DNA of 64,000 nucleotides from Tubulanus polymorphus (lineage: Eukaryota; Animalia; Nemertea). Under the pieces are notes generated by a model, which did not search any database, was not told where the DNA came from, and worked only from the letters and a program-made list of their open reading frames with translations. The translations under genes and the position numbers were made by a program. Within the stretch, counting starts at the first letter, position 1. Each line of letters starts with the position of its first letter. Positions 35,176 to 49,148 of the stretch are shown here, one piece after another. The stretch lies in assembly GCF_964204645.1 (NCBI RefSeq), contig NC_134034.1, positions 14,066,010 to 14,130,009 on the forward strand. The letters run 5' to 3'.

Positions 35176-37602
35176 CTGGTGGCTAACTTAGTTTGTGAAT
35201 ACGTGTGGTCAGTGTGGTACAAGGCCAACACGTGGGTTTCTGCGTTTATTAAACAGGCCAACACTCGCGTCAGTGTTTGTTTCTTGGTAATAGCCTTTTT
35301 AGTGCCCTGGGGCCAGTTCCATGGGTGATGGCTTAGGAGGTGAATCTAAGCTTTTCTCATATCGGTATTTGTACATAACTCAATCGTGAACGTCTTTCTG
35401 TATTCCAAGACTGATTCTATTGGCTGATACAGTCAAAGTAAATCGCTTAATCCGCATCGGCTTAATCCGAATTTTGGTCTAATCCGGATAATATTTACTG
35501 TCAATTTAATCATTTAATTTAATCATTTAATCATTAATTATACACGAAAATGACTTTTAAATCCGGATTTGCCGCAAAACGGATGAATTTTGTTGGTCCC
35601 AATGATCGGAATTAGGGAGATTCTATCATACCATTTACTCTCCTTAAAGCTCTAATGATGGTACAGTTATTAATTTCTAACAAACTAGTGTTGAGTGATG
35701 AATGAAATTTGACTTACGAAAAATCTGTATTCCTCAGACGAGGTATTTCATAGCCGTCGCAGGATTCTTACTAGAGTGGGATGCGACGGCTGACATAGCC
35801 GACGACTTATATTTTGAAAGCCCTGCTGCTCAACATCATCACGTTCAAGTGACTTAAGAAAAATAAGTTTCATGCAAGAGTCACGCATAAAAACAAAATA
35901 TAAATATTATATCTAGCCCATTTGAAAAGGAGGGGTATTTAGAATCGGTAAGAAAAATAAACGGCTGAAAGTTTTGGAAACGTATCAACGAACTATATAC
36001 TAGATTACGTATATAATTCGGGTAGTGAAGTTTTATATCCTACGTTCTGAATGTTTAAGATATTTGTAAACTTCCTATAATGATAATAATATATTTCCCT
36101 ATAAAAACCTAAATAACATAATTACAGTCGTTAATATAAAGAAATTTTCCTACCTACAAAACTGCAACTTTTCACCAGTTTCCGACCTGATCCAGTTATT
36201 TCATAGTTAATCCAATCCTGAGTCAATTTAATTCCGTGTCCGAGTCTTTAAACGTCAGGCGAAATTTTCTATCAAAGTTCGGTTGAAAATCGTTCCAATT
36301 TTTTCAGTTCATACAATCTTAAAACTTTCCAAAAACAATTTCTCCGTAATGAACATACGATTCCCGATTGGATTAATTCCTTTCCGAGTAAAATCCAATC
36401 AGAATAGCGAAAGATGGCGCACGATTCGACTGATATTACGATTTATTCGATGAAATCGAATTTCCCGGCGCCTGCGACAAGCCCAGGCACGCTTCAGTAC
36501 GCGGCCGCTGATTGGCTAATCGATCTCAATTGGGGGATATCGTCTATTGCTAGTGCGCGGGATATTTCAATTGTGGCGTGTTCTATTGTGTTGCAACAAT
36601 AGGGGGATGAGCTATTGCGACAGCGGATGCGGGATGGGTCCATTTGTTACAAATATCTTGAAATATCGAGCCGGGGATAGTTCCATCCTCGATACTTTAC
36701 TGATTGAGGTTATAGGGGTGTTTATAAAGGTTTATCGCCGTTTTTAATGATATCTGTAAAAAAAGAACTTGAAGATGCGACTACCCTCTCACTAGACGGG
36801 TCTATGTTTGTGATATCATAGACGGCGTCGCGCACGAGACAATATGATACATGTGACTGCAGCATATCATTATGTAGAAATCATATGGAGGGCAAAATTC
36901 TCTCAATTCTATCGGACGACGAACGTACAACGAACAGGTTCGTAGATGAGACTCCTTTGATATACGATTAGGCGCCATGTACTGGTCGGGGATGGGGGCA
37001 AGAGAAGCGAAATAAAGGCTCAAAGTTACTGATCAAATAAGTGTCCAAACTCAGTCAAACATGTCAACTTGAACCCAGGTAGCGATTAATGTAGTCCGAG
37101 GTTTGACTTATACCACACGCGGATGCGCGTCTGGGGACGGGGGTGTTTGGGATATGACAAATGATTATTCCAGTTTTCCTGCTGTGTGTCCGCTATCCTA
37201 AGCAGGGAAAAGAAGGGGGCTAAAAGACCATGCACCATCAGACCATAATATAAAGAAATAATCGTCTATTTATAAATATATTTCTATTTATTTCCATTAA
37301 CACTACATAGACCTATATAAGATTGATTCTATAGTAAAAATGAGTTAGTTTTTGTTTGGAAAGAAAATTTTGTGAAATTTGGTGTCAAATATGCGGACGC
37401 TGGAACCCGGGAAAAATCCTCTCTTTCAACATCCAATGGCAAGTTACAGGGTTCGAATCACGGACACAGAGTTTAATTCATTGAATACATTTCATTCTAT
37501 ATTTCCCATAGATGATGCATAAGAAATAAGGTGCATTGAAACTCCATTGATTATCAATTCAGAAAATAGATAAGGTTCCTCTAGGGGCACATAGGCTTAT
37601 AG

Positions 37603-40600
37603 ATATTGATATTGATGAAAGCAGAATGTAGCCTAAGCAATAATGACACTTTTAAGTAAATAATGCAAATATCTTTTCTTAATTTATAGCTTGATTCTGA
37701 AGAAGGGGAGAACACAGTTTTCATGACAGTTTTCATCATCATCTGTGCGGTCTGAAGTATCTAGGGGTCACCCGGACTCAACATTACGGCCTCCAGTATC
37801 ATCATTCGAGGTTAATTTTATATTTCTATGAAATATTTTGCTCAAATAAATTCATTTTGTTATCATATCAATGAAAATTAGTGTAGTTATTCATTTCAGT
37901 TTGAAATTTGGCTCTGTTTTGAGGAATTACTAATTTTCCAGAAATCGGATCCAGAAATTCACCTTGCCATCACCATGATAACGCAGCAGTCAAAACAAAC
38001 AACAATCATTCAGAAATGAAGCCCTGTAGATTCTTATATTTGGTTAAAAGTTTGTTTATATTGGTTGAGTAGATTTTGAATGATGCAAAGTTTGAGTTTC
38101 AGTACTGATGGTAAACTTCACTGCCCCATCCCTGGAGGGCTTTTAGTCACTCAGATTTTGTGATAAAATGTGTTCAGATCAAAAGTTCACAACTCAAATT
38201 TCCGATAGATGGCGCCTGCGATATGTAACTCATTTTGCCAATCGTCGCAATTAGCTTTTCCAGTAATTTAGTGGTTCAGCAAAATTCCAAGAGGTGGCGA
38301 ACATGTAACTAATGTATGTGAAGTAATAAGACACCTTGGTTCATCATCTGATCAGAATCACTGGGTTTGAACCTGGGACATCGCAACACAGTCATTGGGT
38401 TCGAACCTGGGACATTCCTCCAAATCCTCCAATCAGCATGAAACATCACAGTCATTTAGATTCAATAATTCATTCATTTGACGCGCAGTCAATTTCAGGT
38501 GTAGACGTGTCGCAGGTTTCAGTTATTGAGATCCTCCTCCATTAGACTGAAAATAAATCAAACAACGTTCATTATAACATCATTAGAGCAATTCACAAAA
38601 ATCATATCAAATATTCGATATAAATAAGAGTAACTAAACAAACCTGATCTAAACATCATCTTCTTTTGAGTAGAATAAACAAAACTCTAGCTTTACGCCT
38701 ACATCTGAAATAATACAAAACACTGAAAATCATTATTTCTTCATCAGATAAAAAATGAAAACAGATTCAACAAGATTCAAAATGCTTTTAGTGTCAAGAA
38801 TTTTCAGTGTTACAATCTTTTTTTCATACAAGACTTAACGGTAAATTGGTTCAGACTTAGAGCAGGGAACACTATAAGAATCATATTACAGATTTCGAAT
38901 CGAAATTTGCAGCATGTTCGTTGCTCAGCAGCAGGTGAATCGCACCATTCAAACATGTTTGATATTTCCACAGTAAATTTCATCGCAGCAAAATTTTTGT
39001 TTAGTCCCAAACACAGTAAATTGAGCCGCAAGCTTTCAAATCATGATGGCATCAATGATTTGAGAACGGCGCTGAAAACCTGCTTGGATTTTGGTTAACT
39101 CGGTTTTAAAACACCACTGAAACTATTTAGTTTCTAGAGGTCTGTGATTAGGGCCTAAGATATATCTACCTGAATCGAGGGATCACTTGTTCACTTCATT
39201 GCAAACAGTTATTTCTTGAACTTCCTGATGACTGCAGTTAATTAGTAGAGCATCACCCTGAAATAAACATAGAAACCTGTCAGAGAAAGCACTCTAAAAT
39301 CAAGGGTATCCGCGGGGTCAAATTCTCCATCTGTGTTAATAGCAATTACAGGGACTTGACACAAAAAGATTTTGACCCCAGTATCCTCAGTCTTTTTATA
39401 TATAGTACCTAGGATACTGGGGTCAAAATGCTCAAATGCTCCATCTGTATTGATAATAATAGTTTATATTAGGCCTCAATCCACACTAGATATACATTTT
39501 ACTAATTGAATCTTGAATGTCGGCGGTTTTATGTCCAACACACAGGAGCTTATCACCATTTGATTGAGGATGGACCACACCAGTATCCTTGACCTTATAT
39601 AGATAGGGGGGCAAACTGCAGTTTGGGTCACCTATCCACTGGGTGGCGCTAGTGTTATTAAAGAATAGTGTTATGGTAAGGTTAGGTACATACCATTAGG
39701 GACACCTAAACTGCAGTCATACCTAGATAGGGATACTGGCAACTGGTGTCATCCATCCGTCCATCAAATTGTGACGGAATTCATTGTGACAAGCCCCTGT
39801 GTTCCGACACCTTCCATCTCGAATCACCTTCAACCGTACAACAAAAGTATTCGATTCATAAGTAAAGTTACTTACTGTATTTCAATGTTGAAATGGTTTG
39901 AAGACATTCTGTCACTTCTGCGTTGAAAGAGAAGCTTCTAAATATTTCAAGTGTAAATTTCGATTGATTCGTCCGCCATCATTTTTAAATGGGACATACT
40001 CCACTTGGGAGGGCTAGTTCTGCAGTCCGCGCAGATCGAGGTCGACTAGGACTCAGGGGTATTAGCGCTCCGGACACCAACTAAAGAGTTCACGATAGTG
40101 CCCGCGGTAGACTTTACATGCCGCTCCGAATTGATAGTTGCGGGAAATAAAACCACGAAATTAGGAATTTGTTGCGATTTCCGTGCAATAGTTCACTGAA
40201 GAATTATGTGAAAAATATTCCCAATAAAATACCGGTATTTCAAACAAAGAAACTTAAAAACTTAAATCGGTGACTCACAATAGGTATTTCACCTAGTTTA
40301 TCAGCGGGGCGCGGCCGACATCGACAAATTCTATATTTCTGTGATGAATATCTATGAAGTATTTTGCTCAAATAAACTCATTTCATTATCATATCGATGA
40401 AAATAAGTGTAGTTATTCATTTCAGTATGAAATTTGGCTCTGTTTTGAGGAATTACTATTTTTCCAGACATCGGATCCAGAATATCACCTTGCCATCACC
40501 ATGACAACGCACCAGTCAAAACAAACAACAATCATTCAGAAATGAAGCCCTGTAGATTCTAAAATTTGGTTTCAAGTTTATTTATTTTGGTTGAGTAGAT

Positions 40601-40810
40601 TCTGAATGATGCAAAGTTTACCAGAGACACTGGTTTTACCAAAATCATCTCTGGGGGACAGTGCCAATCCTGGAAGGGTTTTAACAGTCACTCAGATATT
40701 GTGTTCCACTGCATTCAGATCAAACCAACAGTTCACACTCAACTTGAGAAATACATTGTGTTAATCTAAAATAAATTTCACGTTTTTTTTTTACACTCAA
40801 GATATAAATT
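37603..40810. repeat. Displaced unit A copy embedded among unit B copies
   Basis: Contains the same modules (38488 landmark, exon-1 donor at 39870-39875). 39960-40650 is nearly identical to 20470-21155. Confidence 0.93.
39609..39723. mobile_element. 115-bp MITE with 9-bp TSD (Mutator-like)
   Basis: TIRs GGGCAAACTGCAGTTTGGGT / ACCTAAACTGCAGTCATACC. TSD TAGATAGGG. Empty site at ~16437. Confidence 0.75.
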
Positions 40811-41793
40811 AGAATACAATACGTGGAGTTCCACTAATCATGGTCGATGTTTACGTACAAACTGACGATCAAAACCCGGCAAACTCGATACAATAGAAAA
40901 ACCTTCCACACTCTGGAGCTCGTTCAGTCTATTCTGGACGCCGTCCTAAACCGTCTCCGGGTGTAAAACTGCAGAGCTTCATCACCCGTAACAGAATCTG
41001 TCTTCTTTACATAAATATCCAACCATCATTAGTAGTATAAATCCAACCATCATTTTTTAATACTAAGTTGTTTAATTGAAGAACTTAATTGTAACGTACA
41101 AAATAAACTCGATGATTTTTTGCTGAATAAAACTTAAGTGAATATTTTAATCGCTTGATGTTTACGTCATACGGTTTACTTCTGTAAAAGTCGAAAAAGT
41201 TTATCTTATTTGTAAACTGTCGAAACGCTATCATTTTTCTGATAACAACAATTCTCTATTAAGACCCCATCGACGCCAATAATAAATTACCCTTTTTCCA
41301 CCAAAATGGCATTTAGGGGACGACAGGAATCATGAAATAGCCTCAACAAAGGCAAAATAGGCCCAAACAATAGGTAATAGCACCTGGCTCGCCAACCCAA
41401 TTTAGGACAGTGTAACTTCAACCTAGAGCGATTTCACCCACCCCGAGTGCTACTAAGCTCCTGTGTATCAAGTTAAATCGTAATCGGTCCATTGGGTCAA
41501 GAGATATAGACATTTATCCAAAGCGACACCTATATGGAAAAGAGTGGAAATTGTTGCATACCAACCGTAAAATAGATATTGTGGTTTTTATATATATTGA
41601 ATAATGTCACCAACTCTTTTATTCATTTAGAAATAAACTACTGTATTGAGCGAAGTATCTTTTAAATAAAGTGGCCTCTAAGGATAAAGCAAATATATGT
41701 GTTCAAAATATATAAGTTAGTATAGAATCTATTGACCAAAAAACAACCCGAGTCAAACAGATGATCATCGTACTACAAATACCTCGCTGGGCC

Positions 41794-41913
41794 AAAAATT
41801 AGCCCCAACCTGAGGCACTAACCCTAACCCTAGATCGACCGTAACCCTAACCCTAGCAGGACTCGAACCTGCGACCAACAGCATGCCAGACGAGCGTGTT
41901 AACCACTAGACCA
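41794..41913 (-). ncRNA. tRNA-like/TTAGGG element, copy 3 (5' end replaced)
   Basis: Paralog; similarity ends just 5' of the A box. Confidence 0.5.
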
Positions 41914-41992
41914 TACACCAGTGACGATTAACGCAGTTTGTTAGTTTGTCTGGTCATTGTGTTAACCAGTGACCGGTCAGGTGTGGTGACCA

Positions 41993-42162
41993 GTATCGTA
42001 TCGTATCGTATCGTATCGTATCGTATCGTATCGTATCGTATCGTATCGTATCGTATCGTATCGTATCGTATCGTATCGTATCGTATCGTATCGTATCGTA
42101 TCGTATCGTATCGTATCGTATCGTATCGTATCGTATCGTATCGTATCGTATCGTATCGTATC
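41993..42162 (+). repeat. (GTATC)34 perfect microsatellite
   Basis: 170 bp uninterrupted. Confidence 0.98.
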
Positions 42163-42959
42163 AATATTTATTCCTACCTTACAGATTCTGCGACTCCTGT
42201 GTGTGTGTGTATGAATTCAGTGAGGATCCTTAAAGTAAATTTAAACCCTTCAGTTTCAGAAACGTTTTATATTAATCCTGAATGCGATTCCAATTCGAAT
42301 GATTTCTGAAAAAAACAATTAGAAATTGAAAAGATCAGACGCCAATATTAAAGATAAAATACCTTTTTGAATTCATGTTAAATGAGCCTACCGAAGATTC
42401 ATACTATTCAGATATATGATAAATTGATTTTGTTTAATATTTGAGAAAGAATACAGAGTTTTCACCGACTGAATCTAAACATCGTCGGTAAAAGTTTTGA
42501 CAAAACGTCTAAATTTATCGACGTCAGTAAATTGTAAGATGGGTGGTAAATACCGGAATAACTACCACACTGAAACGTGGAGAATTAAATTAGAGGATAA
42601 AGAAATCATAAGTGATCTTGACGGCAATTTATGCTAAAACTGAGAACATAGTTAAACATTGACCAGTCAGGTGTGGTGACTCTATTCACTAAGAATATCC
42701 GCTATCATTATCTGACTATAACAGTTTCTAATCGGACCCCTGATTGCCGCCAGTAATAAATTAAACCTTTCTCATCCACCTAACGCTAGTGAAAGTGACC
42801 AGAATTCGTTCAACTTTTTCAGTACTATATTTCACTGATACCCGTTTGTTTTGGATCGAGCTTGCAAAACAGAACTGTCAAAATATATTCGGTTTAAAAA
42901 CCTATGCGTGAACTATGGTGAAATATCAGAATTTTCGGTGTTGAAATATTTGAATAAGT

Positions 42960-43109
42960 ATGGAAGCCCTGAGAAGGCATCTTGGGTTTAGAGTTAATGC
43001 TCCTAACGTGTGGAATATTTTACCAAGTTCTCTTAGTTCAATTGAAAAGGTTGAATGTTTTAAAAGATCATTGAAAACACACTTTTTTAAGCAGGCTTTT
43101 AGTTGTTAA
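42960..43109 (+). mobile_element. L2/CR1-group LINE ORF2 C-terminal remnant
   Basis: Translates ..GFRVNAPNVWNILPSSLSSIEKVECFKRSLKTHFFKQAFSC*, matching the F..AP..WN.LP......FK..LKTHLF..AF end motif. Confidence 0.88.
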
Positions 43110-43486
43110 TTTTACTATGTCGTTAATTCATAACATTGTCATTACTTGTTATGACAATGTTATGACTTGTTATGACAATGTCATAATGTCATAACATTGT
43201 ACGATGACAAGTCATAACACGGCATTCGTTATTACACGTATCGATGACACCCAGTCCCAGAATTAACAATTAACTATTTAAAATGTTTCTATCTCCCTCA
43301 TGGATTGTGAACTTAGGTAATTTATCTACATCTGTTGCAACGCTACGCAATAAAGCGGCGTGTACTGGATAAATAAACGAATTGTGTTATAAAAAAACAA
43401 TTAAAGAGAATCATTGTCGATAAAATTGCGTCGTCGTCATTACCTGTCATGAAAATATCATAACATTGTCATTACTTGTTAGATAT

Positions 43487-43912
43487 TAGGCGTCCCCTGC
43501 TCAAACCACGAAAATCAGTGTCAAATAATTCGCGAAAATGAACTAAGTTGAGACCTGAAAAGCGACCTTTTTCTAACTTCCTGCACGACCCTAATAGTGG
43601 CCTAGGGCTCTGAAACTTCTCGGGTATTTAGAAGGGGTCATATAGTTGATATAGAACTATTAAAATCCTGGTCGCGGGGCTCCGTTGAGCCTAGGCGTCC
43701 CCTGCTCAAACCGCGAAAATCAGTGTCAAATAATTCGCGAAAATGCATTAAGTTAAGAAAAACGACCTTTTTCTAACTTCCGGCACGACCTTGATAGTGG
43801 CCCTAGGGCTCTGAAACTTCTCGGGTATTAAGAAGGGGTCATGAAGTTGATATAGAACCATTAAAAATCCTGGACGCGGGGCTCCGTTGAGCCTAGGCGT
43901 CCCCTACTCAAA
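43487..43912 (+). repeat. ~204-bp tandem repeat, 2 copies plus
   Basis: TAGGCGTCCCCT recurs at 43487, 43691 and 43894. Confidence 0.9.
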
Positions 43913-44333
43913 CCAGTACTCTGTCGGTACACAGTACTCTGTCGGTGCACAGTACTCCGTCGTTTCACAGTACTCTGACGGTACACAGTACTCTGTCGGG
44001 ACACAGTACTCTGTCGGGACAAAGTACTCTGTCGGTACACAGTACTCCGTCGATACACAGTACTCTGTCGGGACACGGTACTCTGTCGGGACACGGTACT
44101 CTGTCGGTACACGGTACTCCGTCGATACACAGTACTCCGTCGGTACACAGTACTCCGTCGGGACACAGTACTCTGTCGGGACACAGTACTCCGTCGGTAC
44201 ACAGTACTCCGTCGATACACAGTACTCCGTCGATACACAGTACTCCGTCGGTACACAGTACTCTGTCGATACACAGTACTCCGTCGGGACACAGTACTCT
44301 GTCGGTACACAGTACTCTGTCGGTACACGGTAC

Positions 44334-45180
44334 CAGGGGCGGATCCAGACCGTATTAGCCGTATTGCCCAATACGGTCTAGAACTTTTAAGTGCCCTTCG
44401 AAATTTCACCGGCAATATTTTTGACGGCATTATTTCAGCAACCGCTAATTCCGTGTCCGTAATCCGGGCATAATTATAAAATTAATCGGTATATACTGCT
44501 GCCGAGAAAGTGAGGAGAGATAATCATATTTGTAAAGCCTTTAATCATGATAAATTAAAATGGGCACATTCCTTTTGCAAGGGGCACTCATGCTTTAGAT
44601 GAGGGCACCTTGTCCTTCCTTGTCTTTCAGGGAGGGCTAAAGGGGCACTCGTACTTTAGAAGAGGGCACTATACGCGGAAAATGTTGAAGAAAAGGGCAC
44701 TTTTTTGCCTAATTTTTAAAATTTTAGGGGCACTTTTGGTTTGGAAGATGGCACACGACATAAGGATAAATGTAAAGACGAGGCAATTTTTGCCGATTGT
44801 TAACAATGAAGGGGCATTTAGCCGTATTCTGTATAATTGTTAAGGGGCACTTTTGAAGATTATAGGGGCACTAGGCGAAGTTGGCGACAACCATTCTTTC
44901 ATGGGTTCGCCAGCTTCATTTTTTATCCGCATGTGTTGAAATCTTGTCTCGGATTCGTTTATTCTGGATTGCTCTGCTAGCCTCTAGAAGCCCTCTAAAA
45001 GCCTTTAAATGGTACCATATTTTCAAAATTTTCCGGGGGTGGGCCCCCAGACGGCTCCTCTAAGGACTTCGCGCCTTCGGCGCTCGCATTGAACTGGATA
45101 CTGGGTGTGCCCTAAGATCAGAAAGGTGCCCTTAAATTTCCTTCCAATACTGTCTACCCATCCCCCTGGATCCGCCCCTG
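44334..45180. mobile_element. 847-bp hAT-like MITE with 5-bp TSD (hAT5-like)
   Basis: GGTAC|CAGGGGCGGATCCAG...CTGGATCCGCCCCTG|GGTAC, with many internal GGGCAC motifs. Confidence 0.9.
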
Positions 45181-45762
45181 GGTACTCTGTCGGGTCACGG
45201 TACTCCGTCCGGTACACAGTACTCCGTCGGGACACAGTACTCCGTCGGGACACAGTACTCCGTCGGGACACAGTACTCCGTCGGGACACTGTACTCCGTC
45301 GGGACACAGTACTCCGTCGGGACACAGTAATCTGTCGGTACACAGTACTCCGTCGATACACAGTACTCCGTCGGGACACAGTACTCCGTCGGGACACAGT
45401 ACTCTGTCGGGACACAGTACTCTGTCGGGACACAGTACTCCGTCGATACACAGTACTCCGTCGGGACACAGTACTCTGTCGGTACACAGTACTCCGTCGA
45501 TACACAGTACTCCGTCGGGACACAGTACTCCGTCGGGACACAGTACTCTGTCGGGACACAGTACTCTGTCGGGACACAGTACTCCGTCGATACACAGTAC
45601 TCCGTCGGGACACAGTACTCTGTCGGTACACAGTACTCCGTCGATACACAGTACTCCGTCGGTACACAGTACTCTGTCGGTACACAGTACTCTGTCGGTA
45701 CACAGTACTCTGTCGGTACACAGTACTCTGTCGGTACACAGTACTCTGTCGGTACACGGTAC

Positions 45763-46608
45763 CAGAGGCGGATCCAGACCGTATTAGCCGTATTGCCCAA
45801 TACGGTCTAGAACTTTTAAGTGCCCTTCGAAATTTCACCGGCAATATTTTTGACGGCATTATTTCAGCAACCGCTAATTCCGTGTCCGTAATCCGGGCAT
45901 AATTATAAAATTAATCGGTATATACTGCTGCCGAGAAAGTGAGGAGAGATAATCATATTTGTAAAGCCTTTAATCATGATAAATTAAAATGGGCACTTTC
46001 CTTTTGCAAGGGGCACTCATGCTTTAGATGAGGGCACCTTGTCCTTCCTTGTCTTTCAGGGAGGGCTAAAGGGGCACTCGCACTTTAGAAGAGGGCACTA
46101 TACGCGGAAAATGTTGAAGAAAAGGGCACTTTTTTGCCTAATTTTTAAAATTTTAGGGGCACTTTTGGTTTGGAAGATGGCACACGACATAAGGATAAAT
46201 GTGAAGACGAGGCAATTTTTACCGATTGTTAACAATGAAGGGGCATTTAGCCGTATTCTGTATAATTGTTAAGGGGCACTTTTAAAGATTATAGGGGCAC
46301 TAGGCGAAGTTGGCGACAACCATTCTTTCATGGGTTCGCCAGCTTCATTTTTTATCCGCATGTGTTGAAATCTTGTCTCGGATTCGTTTATTCTGGATTG
46401 CTCTGCTAGCCTCTAGAAGCCCTCTAAAAGCCTTTAAATGGTACCATATTTTCAAAATTTTCCGGGGGTGGGCCCCTAGACCCCCCTCTAAGGACTTCGC
46501 GCCTTCGGCGCTCGCATTGAACTGGATACTGGGTGTGCCCTAAGATCAGAAAGGTGCCCTTAAATTTCCTTCCAATACTGTCTACCCATCCCCCTGGATC
46601 CGCCCCTG
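45763..46608. mobile_element. Duplicate of the 847-bp MITE (offset 1429)
   Basis: Same TSD and the same flanking variant repeat (tctgtcgggtcacggtactc), so it is a tandem duplication rather than a second insertion. Confidence 0.9.
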
Positions 46609-49148
46609 GGTACTCTGTCGGGTCACGGTACTCTCCGGTACACAGTACTCCGTCGGGACACAGTACTCCGTCGGTACACAGTACTCCGTCGGTACACAGT
46701 ACTCCGTCGGTACACAGTACTCCGTCGGTACACAGTACTCCGTCGGTACACAGTACTCCGTCGGTACACAGTACTCTGTCGGGACACTAGGGTTTCTGCG
46801 TTCATTAAACAGGCCAACACTCGTCAGTGTTTGTTTCTTGGTAATTTTAGTGCCCTGGGGCCAGTTCGATGGGTGAAGACTGATTCTATTGGCTAATACA
46901 TTCAAACTAAATCGTTTAATCCGCATCGGCTTAATCCGAATTTTGGTCTAATCCGGATAATATTTACAGTCAATTTAATCATTAATATACACGAAAATGA
47001 CTTTTAAATCCGGATTTGCCGTAAAACGGATGAATTTTGTTGGTTCCAATGATCGGAATTAGGGAGATTCTATCATACCATTAATTTACTCTCCTTATAT
47101 AAAGCTCTAATGTTGGTACAGTTATTAATTTCTAACAAACTAGTGTTGAGTGATGAATGAAATTTGACTTAAGAAAAATCTGTATTCCTCACATGCCGCA
47201 GTAAAATAGCAAGACTGCATCAAATTACAACCGTTCAGTGCTGCCCCTATGAATAACGATAGCGGAATTTCTGTGAACTAAAGTAGTAATTACGGAAACC
47301 TCGAAACGAATGATTAGATTGGTAAAGAGCGTGGTTTTCATTAGAATAAATTCTTTGAATATTGCGTAGAATACAAAACCTAATCTAATCGAAAAGAAGC
47401 CGAGACCTGCAATCGACTGGTTGCCATTTCTACTTGCGAATGCAGGTGGCGGTGACCAGTCTACCGGCGGGAATCCCAATCTGAGGTACACTATGACGCA
47501 ATATCAAAATGGCGTGCTTTACCATAACACGAAATTAAGCAAAAACCTCACCTAAACATTGCCACCCTCCTTCCCGACCCCTGAAATCAGTATTTCAATA
47601 TTTGGTAAGTGTTTGTAACATTGGTTTAAATGGCGAAAAATATTCCATCTCAGATATTGTGGGAAATCATATTATTTCAGAGTCACATCCTACAAACAAA
47701 CGGTGCACATCATATGGTCGGTGGCGCTCAGTCAAGCATATCGTCATTCCATCCTGATATTTCTAGATCACGATGGGCTTCACCTCGCTGTGTTGCAATG
47801 AATTTGTTCTAAAATGATTCCATCGACTGATTACATCAAACAGTGAAAACAGTGTAAGTTTATTTCATCTGTCGCTTAACCTATAGGCCTATTAATCGCA
47901 GTCCAAACATGTGGGACGCCAACATCCTCCCATGGGAGGGATTTGAACCTGATGACATCGCTTGCTACACTCAGCCACGGCACGAACCCCTGCCACACTA
48001 GACCGGGTGCGCAGGTACATGCGCAGCTTTACCGCGCGAAATCTTGCGGCACCAAACAGATTGCTCGTTAATCGCTGAGGTAAATTTCACGGAAGAACTA
48101 TAAATGGGAAAACCCGGGCTCAAATAAAACTGAATTTCTGATTGGCTATTAATGACATCATCTAAGCTGCGCGTGTAGCTGCTGCGCACTAGGTCTAGTG
48201 TGGCAGGGTTTCGTACCGTGGCATTCTGGATGCCATCAGGTTCGAGTCCCTGCCGCAGGAGGATTGATGCCTCTACTTGCCTCCATTCGTCTGTGATATT
48301 GATGATGATGATCATCATCGGTTTCAGAAACAGATAATATTTAAACTGTTCGTTTTTTCATTACTTTCTTGTTTATATTTCATGTTGAACTCTAGATGCA
48401 AAACCTAAACTGTGGATAGAAAAACCCCGTGAATAAACGAACTGCAGATTTGAGCGAACAATCTAATTTGTAAGTTTGAATTTTAGATTTGATATTTCTG
48501 CAGTTATTTCTAAGGAAAGAAAACGATCTTAGATTTGTCTATTATAGGTATCACTTCAACATGTTCAACGGGAATTTTGATTCAGCACAGGAAAACAAGA
48601 ATCACTCTTGGATTCAGCACAGGACAACAAGGAATCAGTGTTTCACAATCAGACTTTTTTGGTTTTGCGCCGGACATCGGGAATCATTCTTGACTTCAGC
48701 ACAGGACAACAAGGAATCAGTGTTTTACTACCAGACTTTTTTTGATTTAGCACAGGACATCGGGAATCACTCTTGGATTCAGCATGACATCAGGAATCAC
48801 TATAGCCTATGTGGAAATTCAAGATAAGTTACATTTATTTATCGGTGGTTGAATTGATTTTAAGGGACTAATTTTATATTGTTTGTTATAAACCATGTTT
48901 TGAAATGAAATCTCAGAACCTGTTGCAGTTATTCAATCATTTCAAATTTCTTTTGGTGAATATTTGGCTATAATCAGTTCATGGTTGGGATTGTTATTTC
49001 TGTAAGCGGGTTTACAGGTTTTCTTAATTGTGGTCAACTCAAATGTTATTTCTAATCAATATGAAAGTGGTTCCTGATGTCAATAATACAACTGTTATCA
49101 ATCATGTTCCTTCTTGATAATCAGATCATGTGTATCTTGAGAGTTAGA

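Larger units (their letters stand above)
33575..35736. repeat. Unit B partial copy 2
   Basis: Colinear with 21158-22887, then breaks at ctgtattcctca|gacgagg. Confidence 0.93.
43914..46787 (+). repeat. 18-bp minisatellite in three blocks (43914-44333, 45181-45762, 46609-46787)
   Basis: Unit CAGTACTCYGTCGRKACA. Confidence 0.97.

Noticed and set aside
41928-42309. IRYDT/IVSYR repeat ORFs
   Set aside because: Translation of the (GTATC)n microsatellite.
43861-46926. Long ORFs on both strands (PTEYCV, STVYRQ, TQYSVG repeats)
   Set aside because: Products of a stop-free 18-bp minisatellite interrupted by MITEs; open in most frames.
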